From an uncultured Bacteroidales bacterium (lineage in GTDB: Bacteria; Bacteroidota; Bacteroidia; Bacteroidales; Paludibacteraceae), in assembly GCA_900319105.1 (NCBI GenBank), contig ONND01000008.1, positions 17,173 through 81,172 of the forward strand: a stretch of 64,000 bases of DNA, in the 5' to 3' direction. The position numbers and the translations under genes were made by a program. Below, one piece after another: positions 1 to 9,329 of this stretch. The notes under the pieces are model-generated. The model searched no databases. It saw only the letters and a list, made by a program, of their open reading frames with translations, and was not told where the DNA came from. Every line of letters starts with the position of its first letter. Within the stretch, counting starts at the first letter, position 1.

Positions 1-69
1 TCAAACACCAAAAATCGCAAATTGCTCAATATCAGCAGTTTGCGATTTTCATTTTTCAAACATATTTTC

Positions 70-100
70 TTGCAGGATTCAAAAAAAAGCAGTAATTTTG
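70..100 (+). promoter_or_regulatory. Bacteroidetes sigma-A type promoter (-33 TTG / -7 TAATTTTG)
   Basis: TTG at 70-72, 20-nt spacer, TAATTTTG at 93-100. This matches the TTTG/TAnnTTTG consensus. ATG of the next gene is at 127. Confidence 0.7.
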
Positions 101-126
101 CACCGGATTTCAAAATTCGTGTGATT

Positions 127-1746
127 ATGAAAAAGTTATTCGTTACATTATTCCTCATTGGAATGGCTATGGTGGTATATAGCCAAGACTATTACTGGTA
201 CAGGGGGAACAAGATTCCTTTGGAGAAAGGATGTCGGAAGTACATCATCTATGAAGATGATAAACTAAACGAATCCGACAAGTCACATATTACACATAGC
301 GAAGATGTCTTCTATGATGAGATTCCCAACTTGAAATGGGGAACAACTACTGCGCACGCAATTATTGAAGACACTGCGCATGTGCACTATAGTACTATTT
401 CATATAGAAAGGATGGTGATTATTATGACAATATGTTTGTCACTCATCGTTTCTATGTAAAATTAAAGAATCAAGAAGACTCACTGCGCTTGCAAGAATT
501 AGCAGAACGATACAGCGCAGAAATAGTACACAAAGCGGCATTAGTAAATGAAGAAGGTGCTTTTCCTGCATGGTATATCTTGCGCTGTAAGTTAGATGCG
601 CCTAAGAATGCTTTGGAATTGGCGAATTTGTTTTATGAAACAACAGATTTGTTTAGTGCTACAGAACCGGAAATGATTAATATCTTCCTCCCAGAATTTC
701 CTAAGGCCATCAAAACCCTTTGTGACGAGTGGAATGTATTGCGACGATCTCCGTTGTACATGGGATATCCAGCCAATGAATACTACACGCAACACTACCG
801 GTTAACATCGGACACCGTTATTAACGGACAACATTATAAAAAACTTTATCAGGAAAATAGTTATTCCGGTGCCATGCGCGAAGGAACAAACCGCGACATC
901 TATTATGTTCCGGCTAATAGCACCCATGAGTATCTGCTGTATGCCTTCAATGCCCAAGTGGGAGATACGTTAAGTAATCTATGGGTAGAAGGCTATCCGC
1001 AGGAGGCGTTTATGGAAACATATGCTAACGGTTGGACTATGATTGTTAGAGAAATCCAAGAAACCACACCACGCACTTATGTACTGAATTATACTGTTTC
1101 AGTTGGGTCTTATCCGTATTACAATAAATCAATAGTGTGGTTAGAAGGAGTAGGATATCAGGCAGGCCCAATAGGAAGCGATACTCCCTTTGATTTTGAA
1201 ATTTTTACGCCTCAACTGCTTTGTGCCTACAATAACGGCGAGCAAGTCTATGTGTCTGAAATGGGCGAGCAATACGGGTGCGAGTACAATTATAATCCCG
1301 ATTCTACTCCTACAGACACGATTCCTCTCTTTATTAAGGACGGACCGGGATCGTCAACCGTTGAACCCGTGGATCCGAATTTGATTTATGCAACCTTGAG
1401 CAAAGATATACTTTCCATCTATGTATTGAGGGATCTGGAAATCAACATGGTTCTTTACAAAGCGCCGTCAGCTAACCATGCACCGGCACTCAAACGCACG
1501 ATAAAAGCCACCACTTTCACGGATTCGATCTCAACAATCCTCACAGAGTCCGGCACTTATACGCTGGAGCTGACGAATCCTGCATGGGACTATACTATCG
1601 TCGGCACATTTGAGTATCAGGTCCCGCAGGCTATAGAAAATACGCCGGCTAATACTCCGTCTGCAACCAAAATCCTGAAAGACGGCCGGCTCTTCCTCCG
1701 TTACAAAGGACAGATGTACAACGTACAAGGCCAACAGCTACAATAA
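127..1746 (+). CDS. secreted hypothetical protein with a short C-terminal sorting-like tag
   Basis: ORF 22..1746 trimmed to ATG 127. N-terminus MKKLFVTLFLIGMAMVVYSQ looks like a signal peptide. C-terminus VPQAIE...KILKDGRLFLRYKGQMYNVQGQQLQ resembles the tail of the C10 protease at 53475..55094. No recognisable catalytic motif. Confidence 0.6.
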   Translation: MKKLFVTLFLIGMAMVVYSQDYYWYRGNKIPLEKGCRKYIIYEDDKLNESDKSHITHSEDVFYDEIPNLKWGTTTAHAIIEDTAHVHYSTISYRKDGDYYDNMFVTHRFYVKLKNQEDSLRLQELAERYSAEIVHKAALVNEEGAFPAWYILRCKLDAPKNALELANLFYETTDLFSATEPEMINIFLPEFPKAIKTLCDEWNVLRRSPLYMGYPANEYYTQHYRLTSDTVINGQHYKKLYQENSYSGAMREGTNRDIYYVPANSTHEYLLYAFNAQVGDTLSNLWVEGYPQEAFMETYANGWTMIVREIQETTPRTYVLNYTVSVGSYPYYNKSIVWLEGVGYQAGPIGSDTPFDFEIFTPQLLCAYNNGEQVYVSEMGEQYGCEYNYNPDSTPTDTIPLFIKDGPGSSTVEPVDPNLIYATLSKDILSIYVLRDLEINMVLYKAPSANHAPALKRTIKATTFTDSISTILTESGTYTLELTNPAWDYTIVGTFEYQVPQAIENTPANTPSATKILKDGRLFLRYKGQMYNVQGQQLQ

Positions 1747-1761
1747 CCCGCAAATTAGCAC

Positions 1762-1793
1762 GCCGCTACGCACACCGCGTAGCGGCTTTTTTT
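1762..1793 (+). terminator. rho-independent terminator
   Basis: Stem GCCGCTACGC (1762-1771) pairs with GCGTAGCGGC (1777-1786). A T7 run follows, 16 nt after the stop codon. Confidence 0.8.
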
Positions 1794-1933
1794 AAGCCAT
1801 TGCACCCTCGTTGCCCTCGGGATGCCTCCGAGATTACACCGAGATGCCCCTTACATCATGTTCAGAAAGTGCTTATTTTCTGATATTTATGTATCGGTAT
1901 TTTGAGGGGATTTTCGACAGGCGTATAACGACA

Positions 1934-3067
1934 TTATCGTCCTTTATACATCTCTTCGTAGTATTTCTCGTAATCGCCGGAGGTGATGTTGTCGAGCCAT
2001 TCTTGGTTGTCCAGATACCAACGTACGGTCTTCTCGATGCCTTCCTCGAACTGCAGGGAGGGTTCCCAGCCCAGTTCGCGTTGCAGTTTGGTGGAATCAA
2101 TCGCATAGCGCATATCGTGCCCTGCGCGGTCGGTAACATAGGTGATGAGGTCGAGGTCTGCGCCTTCGGGACGGCCTAAGAGACGGTCCACGGTCTTGAT
2201 GATCGTCTTGATGATATCAATATTCTTCCACTCGTTGAAGCCGCCGATATTATAGGTCTCTGCAATCTTGCCCTTATGGAAAATCAGGTCTATCGCGCGT
2301 GCGTGATCCACTACATAAAGCCAGTCGCGTACGTTCTCCCCTTTGCCATAGACGGGCAGCGGTTTGCGATGACGGATATTATTGATGAACAGCGGAATAA
2401 GCTTCTCCGGGAACTGATAGGGTCCGTAGTTATTGGAGCAGTTGGTGACGATGGTCGGCATGCCGTACGTGTCATGGAAAGCACGGACGAAATGGTCGGA
2501 CGATGCTTTCGACGCCGAATAGGGCGAATGCGGATTGTACTTCGTTGTCTCATAGAAGAAATCCTCTCCGTACGCCAGATGATGTTCTGCCGAAGAAGCT
2601 GTGGTCGTGAACGGCGGCTCAATACCTTCGGGATGGGTCATCTGCAAAGCGCCATAGACCTCATCGGTCGAGATATGATAGAAACGCTTTCCTTCGTATT
2701 TCTCCGGCAGGGACTCCCAATACAGTTTGGCCGCCTGCAGCATAGAGAGGGTACCCATCACATTCGTGCGGGCAAAAGTGAACGGGTCTTTGATAGAGCG
2801 GTCCACGTGGCTCTCAGCCGCCAGATGGATGACGCCGGTGACGTGCTCTTCTTTCATCAAGGCAAAGATGGTGTCAAAATCGCAGATGTCGGCACGCACG
2901 AAGCGATAGTTAGGCTTATCCTCGATGTCCTTGAGGTTCGCCAGATTCCCTGCGTAGGTCAGTTTGTCCACATTGATGATGCGGTAGTCCGGATATTTAT
3001 TCACGAACAGACGCACTACATGACTTCCGATAAATCCGGCTCCGCCGGTGATGATGATGCTTTGCAT
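1934..3067 (-). CDS. rfbB: dTDP-glucose 4,6-dehydratase
   Basis: 377 aa. N-terminal Rossmann motif ITGGAGFIGSHV, and YSASKASSDHF (YxxxK catalytic motif). Typical RfbB length and sequence. Confidence 0.95.
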   Translation of the reverse strand: MQSIIITGGAGFIGSHVVRLFVNKYPDYRIINVDKLTYAGNLANLKDIEDKPNYRFVRADICDFDTIFALMKEEHVTGVIHLAAESHVDRSIKDPFTFARTNVMGTLSMLQAAKLYWESLPEKYEGKRFYHISTDEVYGALQMTHPEGIEPPFTTTASSAEHHLAYGEDFFYETTKYNPHSPYSASKASSDHFVRAFHDTYGMPTIVTNCSNNYGPYQFPEKLIPLFINNIRHRKPLPVYGKGENVRDWLYVVDHARAIDLIFHKGKIAETYNIGGFNEWKNIDIIKTIIKTVDRLLGRPEGADLDLITYVTDRAGHDMRYAIDSTKLQRELGWEPSLQFEEGIEKTVRWYLDNQEWLDNITSGDYEKYYEEMYKGR

Positions 3068-3087
3068 ATGTTAATAAATTAAAAATT

Positions 3088-3150
3088 GGTCGTTAGTCGT
3101 TAGTCGATGGTCGATAGTCAACTGGTATACTAGTCTACTAGTCAACTAGA
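3088..3150. repeat. period-7 tandem array, 9 units (RGTCGWT x5, then ACTAGTC-like units)
   Basis: ggtcgtt agtcgtt agtcgat ggtcgat agtcaac tggtata ctagtct actagtc aactaga. Lies in the intergenic gap between the birA stop and the rfbB start. Confidence 0.9.
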
Positions 3151-3152
3151 CT

Positions 3153-4013
3153 TTATATCACGTATCTCACTTGTTTGAAGTGGTATTTTCGTTCTTTACC
3201 CTGTTGGTCTTGCAGGACGATCTCTCCGTCTGGCAGGATATCTGCGATGCGGGCGAGGAAAGGTGACTTATCAAACCTCTCCCCGTCCCTCTCCTCAAGA
3301 GAGGGAGAGTAGTTCATGGTGGGCGCAAGACTCACTTCGCGCTCTATGAAGCGCCAGAAACCCTCTTTGCGGTAGAGGTGCTCGCGGTAGTACGTCCATA
3401 CCTGCTCTTCGCTCATCGCCTCTGCGGTTTCGATCTGAGTCATCAGCGCTTGCATCAAGGCATCTATATTGGTCTCTGCGCCGGTGATGAGTTTCATCGA
3501 GACGGGGTTCGGGGCGTTAGAGACGAAAGTCGTCTGGTTAACGTTCAGCCCTATGCCGGCGATAGAGTATTTCACTTCATTCCCGATAATGGCGTTCTCT
3601 ATCAGTATTCCCGCTACTTTCTTGTCCTGCCAGTATATATCGTTTGGCCACTTGATAGTTAGATCGGCTTCTTTGCCCAAGGGCACGATTAACGCTTCGC
3701 GATTTTCGCCTGACAGAGTACAGACCGGCTTTGCCTGACAGAGTACAGACTGGATCACTCTATGCACCGCCACGGAGACGAGGACGTTGAGGTAGAACAA
3801 GTCTTTTCTCGGCGGTAAGAGGATGGAGCACAGGAGGTTTTTTCCTTCCTCGCTCTCCCATCTGTTGCCGGCCTGGCCTCGTCCGGCAGTCTGGAAGCCC
3901 GTGTAAAGAAACCGCTCGCCTTCCGGCCATTCGCCTTTCGCCAACAGTTCCTTCATCAGGGTATTGGTACTCTCTGTCCTTTCAACTTTCACTTTTCCCC
4001 TTTCTCCTTGCAC
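3153..4013 (-). CDS. birA: biotin--[acetyl-CoA-carboxylase] ligase (no HTH domain)
   Basis: GRGQAGNRW (GRGRxGRxW-type motif) and KWPNDIYWQDKKVAGILIEN. The start codon at 4013 is GTG and overlaps the dacB end, so the start is uncertain. Contains a hairpin-derived segment (3277-3309). Confidence 0.8.
   Translation of the reverse strand: MQGERGKVKVERTESTNTLMKELLAKGEWPEGERFLYTGFQTAGRGQAGNRWESEEGKNLLCSILLPPRKDLFYLNVLVSVAVHRVIQSVLCQAKPVCTLSGENREALIVPLGKEADLTIKWPNDIYWQDKKVAGILIENAIIGNEVKYSIAGIGLNVNQTTFVSNAPNPVSMKLITGAETNIDALMQALMTQIETAEAMSEEQVWTYYREHLYRKEGFWRFIEREVSLAPTMNYSPSLEERDGERFDKSPFLARIADILPDGEIVLQDQQGKERKYHFKQVRYVI
3277..3309. repeat. GC-rich imperfect hairpin element inside birA
   Basis: ctctccc (3277-3283) pairs with gggagag (3303-3309), with an inner ccctctcc/gagag stem. 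Encodes SPSLEERDGERF on the minus strand. Confidence 0.7.
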
Positions 4014-5377
4014 AAGTCAAGCAAGTATTGCTGGATCACATTCTGTACATTCTTTGCTTTCCCCGGTGCCGAGTTGATGAGTACGGCAAAGACCCAAGTA
4101 TCGCCATTTGGTCTGTCAATATACCCTGCGAAATTCTTTGTTCCAGCTATTGTGCCGCTCTTCGCATGAATACGACCCTCCAATGCCGTCTTCGGGCAAA
4201 GCGATTTGAGAGTTCCGCTCTGTCCGCTGACCGGAAGGGACTCCATCCATGCTTCTTTATTGGTACTGCTCGCCATGATGGTCAAGAGTTGGACGAATGC
4301 TTTCGCACTCACCGCATCCTGCGGGGCTAAGCCGCAGCCATCCTTGATGATGGCATTCTGCACCGCTACTCCGCGACGACGCCAGAAATCACGAAGGATC
4401 TCCTGGCTGTTATGGATAGTTCCGGGTAAGGTAAAGCGGGTTCCCAGATAGCGGAAAAGCGCTTCTGCATAGAGGTTGTTGGAGTTCACATTCGTCTCCT
4501 TGATAATCTCGGAGAGCGGTTCAGAATAATGGATATATACTTCCGTGCGTGGCGGCGTAAGGGCGTAGTAATCCGGTTCATAGTTCGCTTCGTCCCTTAC
4601 TTTCACTCCAGCGTCCCGCAGTCTTTTCGTCAAATGGCGTGCCAAAAGCAAACCTGGGTTTGGCAAGTCCCCTTTAACACCGAACGTACCGAGGTTAGAG
4701 GGCACCGCTCCTGTCAAATAGCGCTCGCGGCTATACGGCAGACCGCTGACGAAAGCTCCATCGTAGGTGATCTTATCGCAGCGGATCCGGTTGATAAAAT
4801 AGATATCCTCCACTTCAGGTTCGGTCTTCACCACTTTCGCTACCGTGCCGGGTTCTCCACTCTGGAGCACAATATTCATCGTGTTCCCGTAATAATTGAG
4901 TGAGAAGATACCCGGTGCATAGTAGTTTCCTGCGTCCTCACAGAGCCAGCCCGGGTTTTGCGCTTCGCCGTCAAGCATCGTCATGTCGGCTATAACAGCC
5001 CCTTCAATACGGTTGATCCCCGCAGCTTGGACCGCCTTAACCCATTTGTCGAGAAAAGCAGTCCTTCCTTTCCATCCCAAAGAGGGATCACACCCTCCAC
5101 GAACATACAGGTTGCCACGTAGCGTACCGTTTTCTATTGAGCCGTTGTACTCCAAGACCGTCGGGAAGCGAAAACCGGGACCTAAAATCTCCAGTGCCGC
5201 TCCCGTCGTCAGAAGTTTCATGACGCTCGCCGGCGGGACGACCTTGTCTGCGCGGTACGAGTCGATCACCTCCCCTGTTGAGAGGTTCTGTACCAACACT
5301 GACATATTCGCCTGCCCGGTGATGGGATGGCTCGTCAGGAAATTGACGGAGAGCAATATACTAAGAAAGATATTCAT
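3989..5377 (-). CDS. dacB: D-alanyl-D-alanine carboxypeptidase/endopeptidase (PBP4, peptidase S13)
   Basis: SxxK motif in ASVMKLLTT and a KSG (KTG-type) box in HAKSGTIAG. Start trimmed to ATG 5377 (MNIFLSILLSV, signal-like). Overlaps the upstream gene stop by 17 nt. Confidence 0.85.
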   Translation of the reverse strand: MNIFLSILLSVNFLTSHPITGQANMSVLVQNLSTGEVIDSYRADKVVPPASVMKLLTTGAALEILGPGFRFPTVLEYNGSIENGTLRGNLYVRGGCDPSLGWKGRTAFLDKWVKAVQAAGINRIEGAVIADMTMLDGEAQNPGWLCEDAGNYYAPGIFSLNYYGNTMNIVLQSGEPGTVAKVVKTEPEVEDIYFINRIRCDKITYDGAFVSGLPYSRERYLTGAVPSNLGTFGVKGDLPNPGLLLARHLTKRLRDAGVKVRDEANYEPDYYALTPPRTEVYIHYSEPLSEIIKETNVNSNNLYAEALFRYLGTRFTLPGTIHNSQEILRDFWRRRGVAVQNAIIKDGCGLAPQDAVSAKAFVQLLTIMASSTNKEAWMESLPVSGQSGTLKSLCPKTALEGRIHAKSGTIAGTKNFAGYIDRPNGDTWVFAVLINSAPGKAKNVQNVIQQYLLDLCKEKGEK

Positions 5378-7670
5378 GCATTGCTTTGGCTGCCTTGCGG
5401 CCGTCGGACATAGCGAGGATGACTGTTGCGCCACCACGTACTATGTCTCCGCCCGCGAAGATGGTCGGTATAGCGGATTGCATCTCGTCGTTGACCACGA
5501 TCGTTCCCTTGCGGCTGATCTCCAAACCTTCGACGGACGACGGAATAAGCGGGTTGGGGCTTACGCCGACCGCTACGATCACGAGGTCCACAGGGATAGT
5601 AAGCGTTTTGCCTTCTACGGGCACCGGGCTGCGACGACCTGACTCATCGGGTTCGCCCAGTTCCATTACCTGAAGCACGGCCTCGCATACACGTCCGTTC
5701 TCGTCCGCATGGTACTCAATCGGGTTATGAAGCGTCATGAACTCGATACCTTCCTGCTTGGCATGGTGTACCTCTTCGATACGTGCCGGCATCTCTTCTT
5801 CGGAGCGGCGATAGATGATCATCGCGTGTTCGGCTCCGAGACGTTTAGCGGTACGTACAGCATCCATGGCGGTGTTACCGCCACCGATGACGGCGACGTT
5901 CTTGCCATAAAGCAGCGGCGTGTCGGTAGCGGGATTGGAGGCGTCCATGAGGTTGACGCGGGTGAGGTATTCATTGCAGGAAAGAACACCATTCAGGTTC
6001 TCACCGGGGATATTCATGAAGCGCGGCAGACCGGCTCCCGAGCCGACGAAGATACCCTTGAAGCCTTGTTCCTCCAGTTCCTTGACAGAGATCGTCTTAC
6101 CGATGATCGTGTCCGTATGGAAGTGCACGCCGAGAGCACGAAGACCGTTAATCTCCGTGTCCACGATGGAATTAGGCAAACGGAACTCCGGAATACCATA
6201 TTTAAGCACACCGCCTATCTCGTGCAGCGCCTCGAAGACATGTACTTCGTAACCATACTTAGCGGCATCTCCGGCGAAAGTCAAGCCGGCAGGACCAGAG
6301 CCGACCACGGCGATTTTCGCCGTTGTATTTGAGATTTGAGATTTGACATTTGAGATTTGGGGCTGCGCATTGGCGTAGTCGGCGCAGAAGCGCTCGAGAT
6401 AACCGATGGCGACGGGCTGGTGGCCCATCTTGAGATGGATACAGTTGGCCTCACATTGTTTCTCCTGCGGGCATACTCGACCGCACACAGCGGGCAGGGA
6501 AGAAGACTCCTTAATAACAGCCGCAGCTCCGAGGATATCACCCGTTTCAAGCTTCTTGATAAAGCCCGGGATATTGATGTTCACCGGACAGCCCTGTACG
6601 CAAGTCGGGTTCTTACAGTTGAGGCAACGATGTGATTCGGTGATGGCCTGTTCGAACGTCAGACCCTGGTTGACCTCCTCATGCAGCGATTTGACGCGCA
6701 CTTCGGGACGCAGTTCCGGCATCTGTACACGGGGAATGGCTACACGGTCCTTAGGCTTGCCGTCAAAAGGTTCAACCGGTGTTACTTCCGTCTTACAGAG
6801 GCTTTGACCGTCGTTCGACCGTCGTTCGACCGTCGTTCGACTGTCGTTTTTAGAGGCTGAATAAACCTCCATTGCCGCTGTCTCTTCCGCCTTGTAGGAT
6901 TTCATGCGTGAGAGCATCTCGTCCCAGTCCACGCCGTGGGCGTCGAACTCGGGTCCGTCCACGCAGACGAATTTGGTTTTACCGTCCACGGACACACGGC
7001 ATGCGCCGCACATTCCGGTGCCATCGACCATGATGGTATTGAGGGAGGCTTCCGTCGGGATATTATATTTGGCGGTGGTGAGCGCGACAAACTTCATCAT
7101 GATAGCCGGACCGATGGTGATACATTTATTGACGGTCTCTCGGTTGATGACTTCCTCGACGCCTACGGTTACCACTCCCTGTTTTCCCATCGAGCCATCA
7201 TCGGTCATGACGATCAGTTCGTCCGACCATCGGGACAGTTCATCCTTGAGGATGATGAGGTCTTTGTTCCGGGCAGCGAGGACGGTAATCACTTTGTTTC
7301 CGGCTTTCTTGAGTGCCTCAGCGATCGGTAACATCGGCGCAGCGCCAACCCCTCCGCAGGCACAAACGACTGTGCCGTAGTTCTCAATCCGCGTCGCCTT
7401 GCCTAGCGGGCCTACCACGTCGTGAATACAATCGCCCGGATTGAGCGCCAGCAGTTTATGCGTGGAAACGCCTATCCGCTGCACGACGAGCGTGATCGTA
7501 CCTTTTTCAATATCCGCGCCGGCGATCGTCAAGGGCACACGTTCGGATTGTGCGTCCACACGGATGATGACAAAATGTCCGGCTCTGCGGCTACGCGCAA
7601 TGAGCGGAGCTTCCACTACGAGCTCCGCTACATTGTCCGAGAAAAATCTCTTGGATAAAATTCGATTCAT
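5361..7670 (-). CDS. fused PyrK/NfnA-like ferredoxin-NADP reductase domain plus GltD/NfnB-like NADPH oxidoreductase
   Basis: 769 aa. The N-terminal ~280 aa have an FNR-like fold with a C-terminal Cys cluster (CGACRV). The C-terminal part has 4Fe-4S Cys motifs (CLNCKNPTCVQGCP, CGRVCP) and VAVVGSGPAGL and VIGGGNTAMD dinucleotide folds, typical of the glutamate synthase small chain. Confidence 0.85.
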   Translation of the reverse strand: MNRILSKRFFSDNVAELVVEAPLIARSRRAGHFVIIRVDAQSERVPLTIAGADIEKGTITLVVQRIGVSTHKLLALNPGDCIHDVVGPLGKATRIENYGTVVCACGGVGAAPMLPIAEALKKAGNKVITVLAARNKDLIILKDELSRWSDELIVMTDDGSMGKQGVVTVGVEEVINRETVNKCITIGPAIMMKFVALTTAKYNIPTEASLNTIMVDGTGMCGACRVSVDGKTKFVCVDGPEFDAHGVDWDEMLSRMKSYKAEETAAMEVYSASKNDSRTTVERRSNDGQSLCKTEVTPVEPFDGKPKDRVAIPRVQMPELRPEVRVKSLHEEVNQGLTFEQAITESHRCLNCKNPTCVQGCPVNINIPGFIKKLETGDILGAAAVIKESSSLPAVCGRVCPQEKQCEANCIHLKMGHQPVAIGYLERFCADYANAQPQISNVKSQISNTTAKIAVVGSGPAGLTFAGDAAKYGYEVHVFEALHEIGGVLKYGIPEFRLPNSIVDTEINGLRALGVHFHTDTIIGKTISVKELEEQGFKGIFVGSGAGLPRFMNIPGENLNGVLSCNEYLTRVNLMDASNPATDTPLLYGKNVAVIGGGNTAMDAVRTAKRLGAEHAMIIYRRSEEEMPARIEEVHHAKQEGIEFMTLHNPIEYHADENGRVCEAVLQVMELGEPDESGRRSPVPVEGKTLTIPVDLVIVAVGVSPNPLIPSSVEGLEISRKGTIVVNDEMQSAIPTIFAGGDIVRGGATVILAMSDGRKAAKAMHEYLS
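6326..6360. repeat. period-7 array (GATTTGA x5) in frame in the oxidoreductase
   Basis: tatttga gatttga gatttga catttga gatttgg. Encodes QISNVKSQISN just before the GSGPAG FAD fold. Confidence 0.9.
6806..6849. repeat. period-11 array (GACCGTCGTTC x4) in the interdomain linker
   Basis: Three perfect units and one near-perfect unit. Encodes ...KNDSRTTVERRSNDGQS... between the FNR-like and GltD-like halves. Confidence 0.9.
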
Positions 7671-8549
7671 TTAGAAATATTTTGTTTCTTTTCCTACGAT
7701 GGATGAGAGTAAGTTATTGGCTAATCGGGAAGCACCGAAACGGAAGGACTCGTTGTTGAGCCACTCCTCACCGAGGACCTCCTTAACCAAGGTAAAGTGT
7801 TGTACAGCCTCTTCGGTAGTCGAAACACCTCCGGCAGGTTTGTAGCCCATCTTGATACCGGTTTTCTCTTTCCAAGCCTTGATAGCCTGACACATCACGA
7901 AGGTAGCCTCCGGCGTTGCGCTGACTGCGATCTTACCGGTAGAGGTCTTGATGAAATCGCATCCGGCAGCCATCGAGAGGATCGATGCTTTCCAGATATT
8001 CTCTGCACTCTTGAGCAGACCCGTCTCGAGAATCACTTTGAGGTGTTTGTCTCCGCAAACGGCTTTGAGTTCGCTGATCTCATCGAAGCACTCCTGATAG
8101 TTGCCCTCGAGGAATTTTCCGACAGAGAGGACGATATCAATCTCGGTAGCTCCCGCCTTGATAGCCATAGCGGTCTCCGCCACCTTGACCTCCAGGAAAG
8201 TCTGCGATGCAGGGAATCCTCCGCTGACACAAGCGATATTGAATTTCGGGTCCTTCAGCGCCTTACGCACGTACTCCGCCATAGCGGGATAGACACAGAT
8301 AGCCGCAACATTCGGGATGCCCGGAAAATCTTTCTCGAAGTTATTGACTGCGTTCGCCATCTTCTCTACTTTAGCGATGGTATCGTCAGCACTAAGCGTC
8401 GTGTAGTCAATCTGATGGAGGCACTCCTTCCAAACCTCCACATTATTATTCTCAGCAAAATGTTTTGCTTCGATCTCAGCAACTTGAGCTTTTACTTGCT
8501 CATCGGTAAACGGGCAGGGGTACTGCGCAAATAATTCTTCAAAATTCAT
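7671..8549 (-). CDS. deoC: deoxyribose-phosphate aldolase (long form)
   Basis: 292 aa. DYTTL, GATEIDIV and DFIKTSTGK (Schiff-base Lys context) are typical of DeoC. The stop abuts the start of the downstream oxidoreductase. Confidence 0.85.
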   Translation of the reverse strand: MNFEELFAQYPCPFTDEQVKAQVAEIEAKHFAENNNVEVWKECLHQIDYTTLSADDTIAKVEKMANAVNNFEKDFPGIPNVAAICVYPAMAEYVRKALKDPKFNIACVSGGFPASQTFLEVKVAETAMAIKAGATEIDIVLSVGKFLEGNYQECFDEISELKAVCGDKHLKVILETGLLKSAENIWKASILSMAAGCDFIKTSTGKIAVSATPEATFVMCQAIKAWKEKTGIKMGYKPAGGVSTTEEAVQHFTLVKEVLGEEWLNNESFRFGASRLANNLLSSIVGKETKYF

Positions 8550-8559
8550 GGTGTATAGG

Positions 8560-8601
8560 AATTAGAAATTAAAAATTAACAATTAACAATTAGAAATTAC
8601 G
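8560..8601. repeat. period-7 array (AATTARN x6)
   Basis: aattaga aattaaa aattaac aattaac aattaga aattacg. Fills the psd-deoC intergenic gap and overlaps the psd stop codon. Confidence 0.9.
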
Positions 8602-9304
8602 CTTCGTTCGTATTGATCTCCGGATCATCTTGCAGACGTCCGATGACAGTTTCGTTACCACGCACGGCCTCGCCAACGGTAACGAACATCTCGGTATTGA
8701 GCGGGAGATACATGTCCACACGCGAGCCGAGTTTGATAAAACCGAGGTGGGTGTTCCGATGGGCCTGATGTCCGACCTTCGCATAAGTGACGATACGTCG
8801 AGCCATGGCTCCAGCGATCTGACGAATAGCAACCTGCACTTTCGAAGGCGTCTCGATAACCACAAGCGAACGTTCGTTCTCGGTACTTGATTTCGGCAAC
8901 CATGCGCCCATATGACGACCCTTCTGATGCTCTGAAACGAGGATATTACCCTCGATCGGATACCAGTTGGCATGGACATTGAAGGGCGACATAAAGATCG
9001 ACACTTGCAGTTTGGGTTCGTGGAAATACTCAGTTTCCTCAGTCGGCTCCACCACTACCACTCGTCCGTCCGCCGGAGCGATGATAAAATTCGGATCATC
9101 AATCTCCAACACTCGAACCGGGTTGCGGAAGAAATAAGTTACAAACACTAACAGCATGGCCGCTAAAGCTAAAGTCACGCCGAAAATCCATTGCATCTCC
9201 ATCTCCGTTGTCAGCATGTACACCGGGATGTTGATCAAAAACAGGAGCAGCACTGTACCAACAATCAGTCCGCGTCCTTCTCTGTGTATTCTTGGTCTTT
9301 TCAT
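8597..9304 (-). CDS. psd: phosphatidylserine decarboxylase
   Basis: 235 aa. N-terminal TM segments and FIKLGSRVDMYLP (the G-S cleavage/pyruvoyl motif context), typical of the short Bacteroidetes Psd. Confidence 0.88.
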   Translation of the reverse strand: MKRPRIHREGRGLIVGTVLLLFLINIPVYMLTTEMEMQWIFGVTLALAAMLLVFVTYFFRNPVRVLEIDDPNFIIAPADGRVVVVEPTEETEYFHEPKLQVSIFMSPFNVHANWYPIEGNILVSEHQKGRHMGAWLPKSSTENERSLVVIETPSKVQVAIRQIAGAMARRIVTYAKVGHQAHRNTHLGFIKLGSRVDMYLPLNTEMFVTVGEAVRGNETVIGRLQDDPEINTNEA

Positions 9305-9329
9305 ATCAGGAAAAAAAATCTATTAGTCT

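Noticed and set aside
22-126. N-terminal extensions offered by the ORF track: 22-126 for the first gene, 46141 for wzx, 16146 for clpP, 21231 for the SLC13 permease, and 62975-63118 for the pRiA4-like gene
   Set aside because: The extensions begin with TTG or run through the predicted promoter -33/-7 boxes. Downstream ATGs give sensible N-termini (signal peptides or conserved starts).
3088-3150. Whether the tandem arrays (here and at 8560, 27804, 31491, 57254, 62386, etc.) could be CRISPR arrays
   Set aside because: The units are 7-18 nt and directly abutting, with no spacers. Arrays are at most about 70 nt. Many lie inside conserved ORFs. No cas genes are present.
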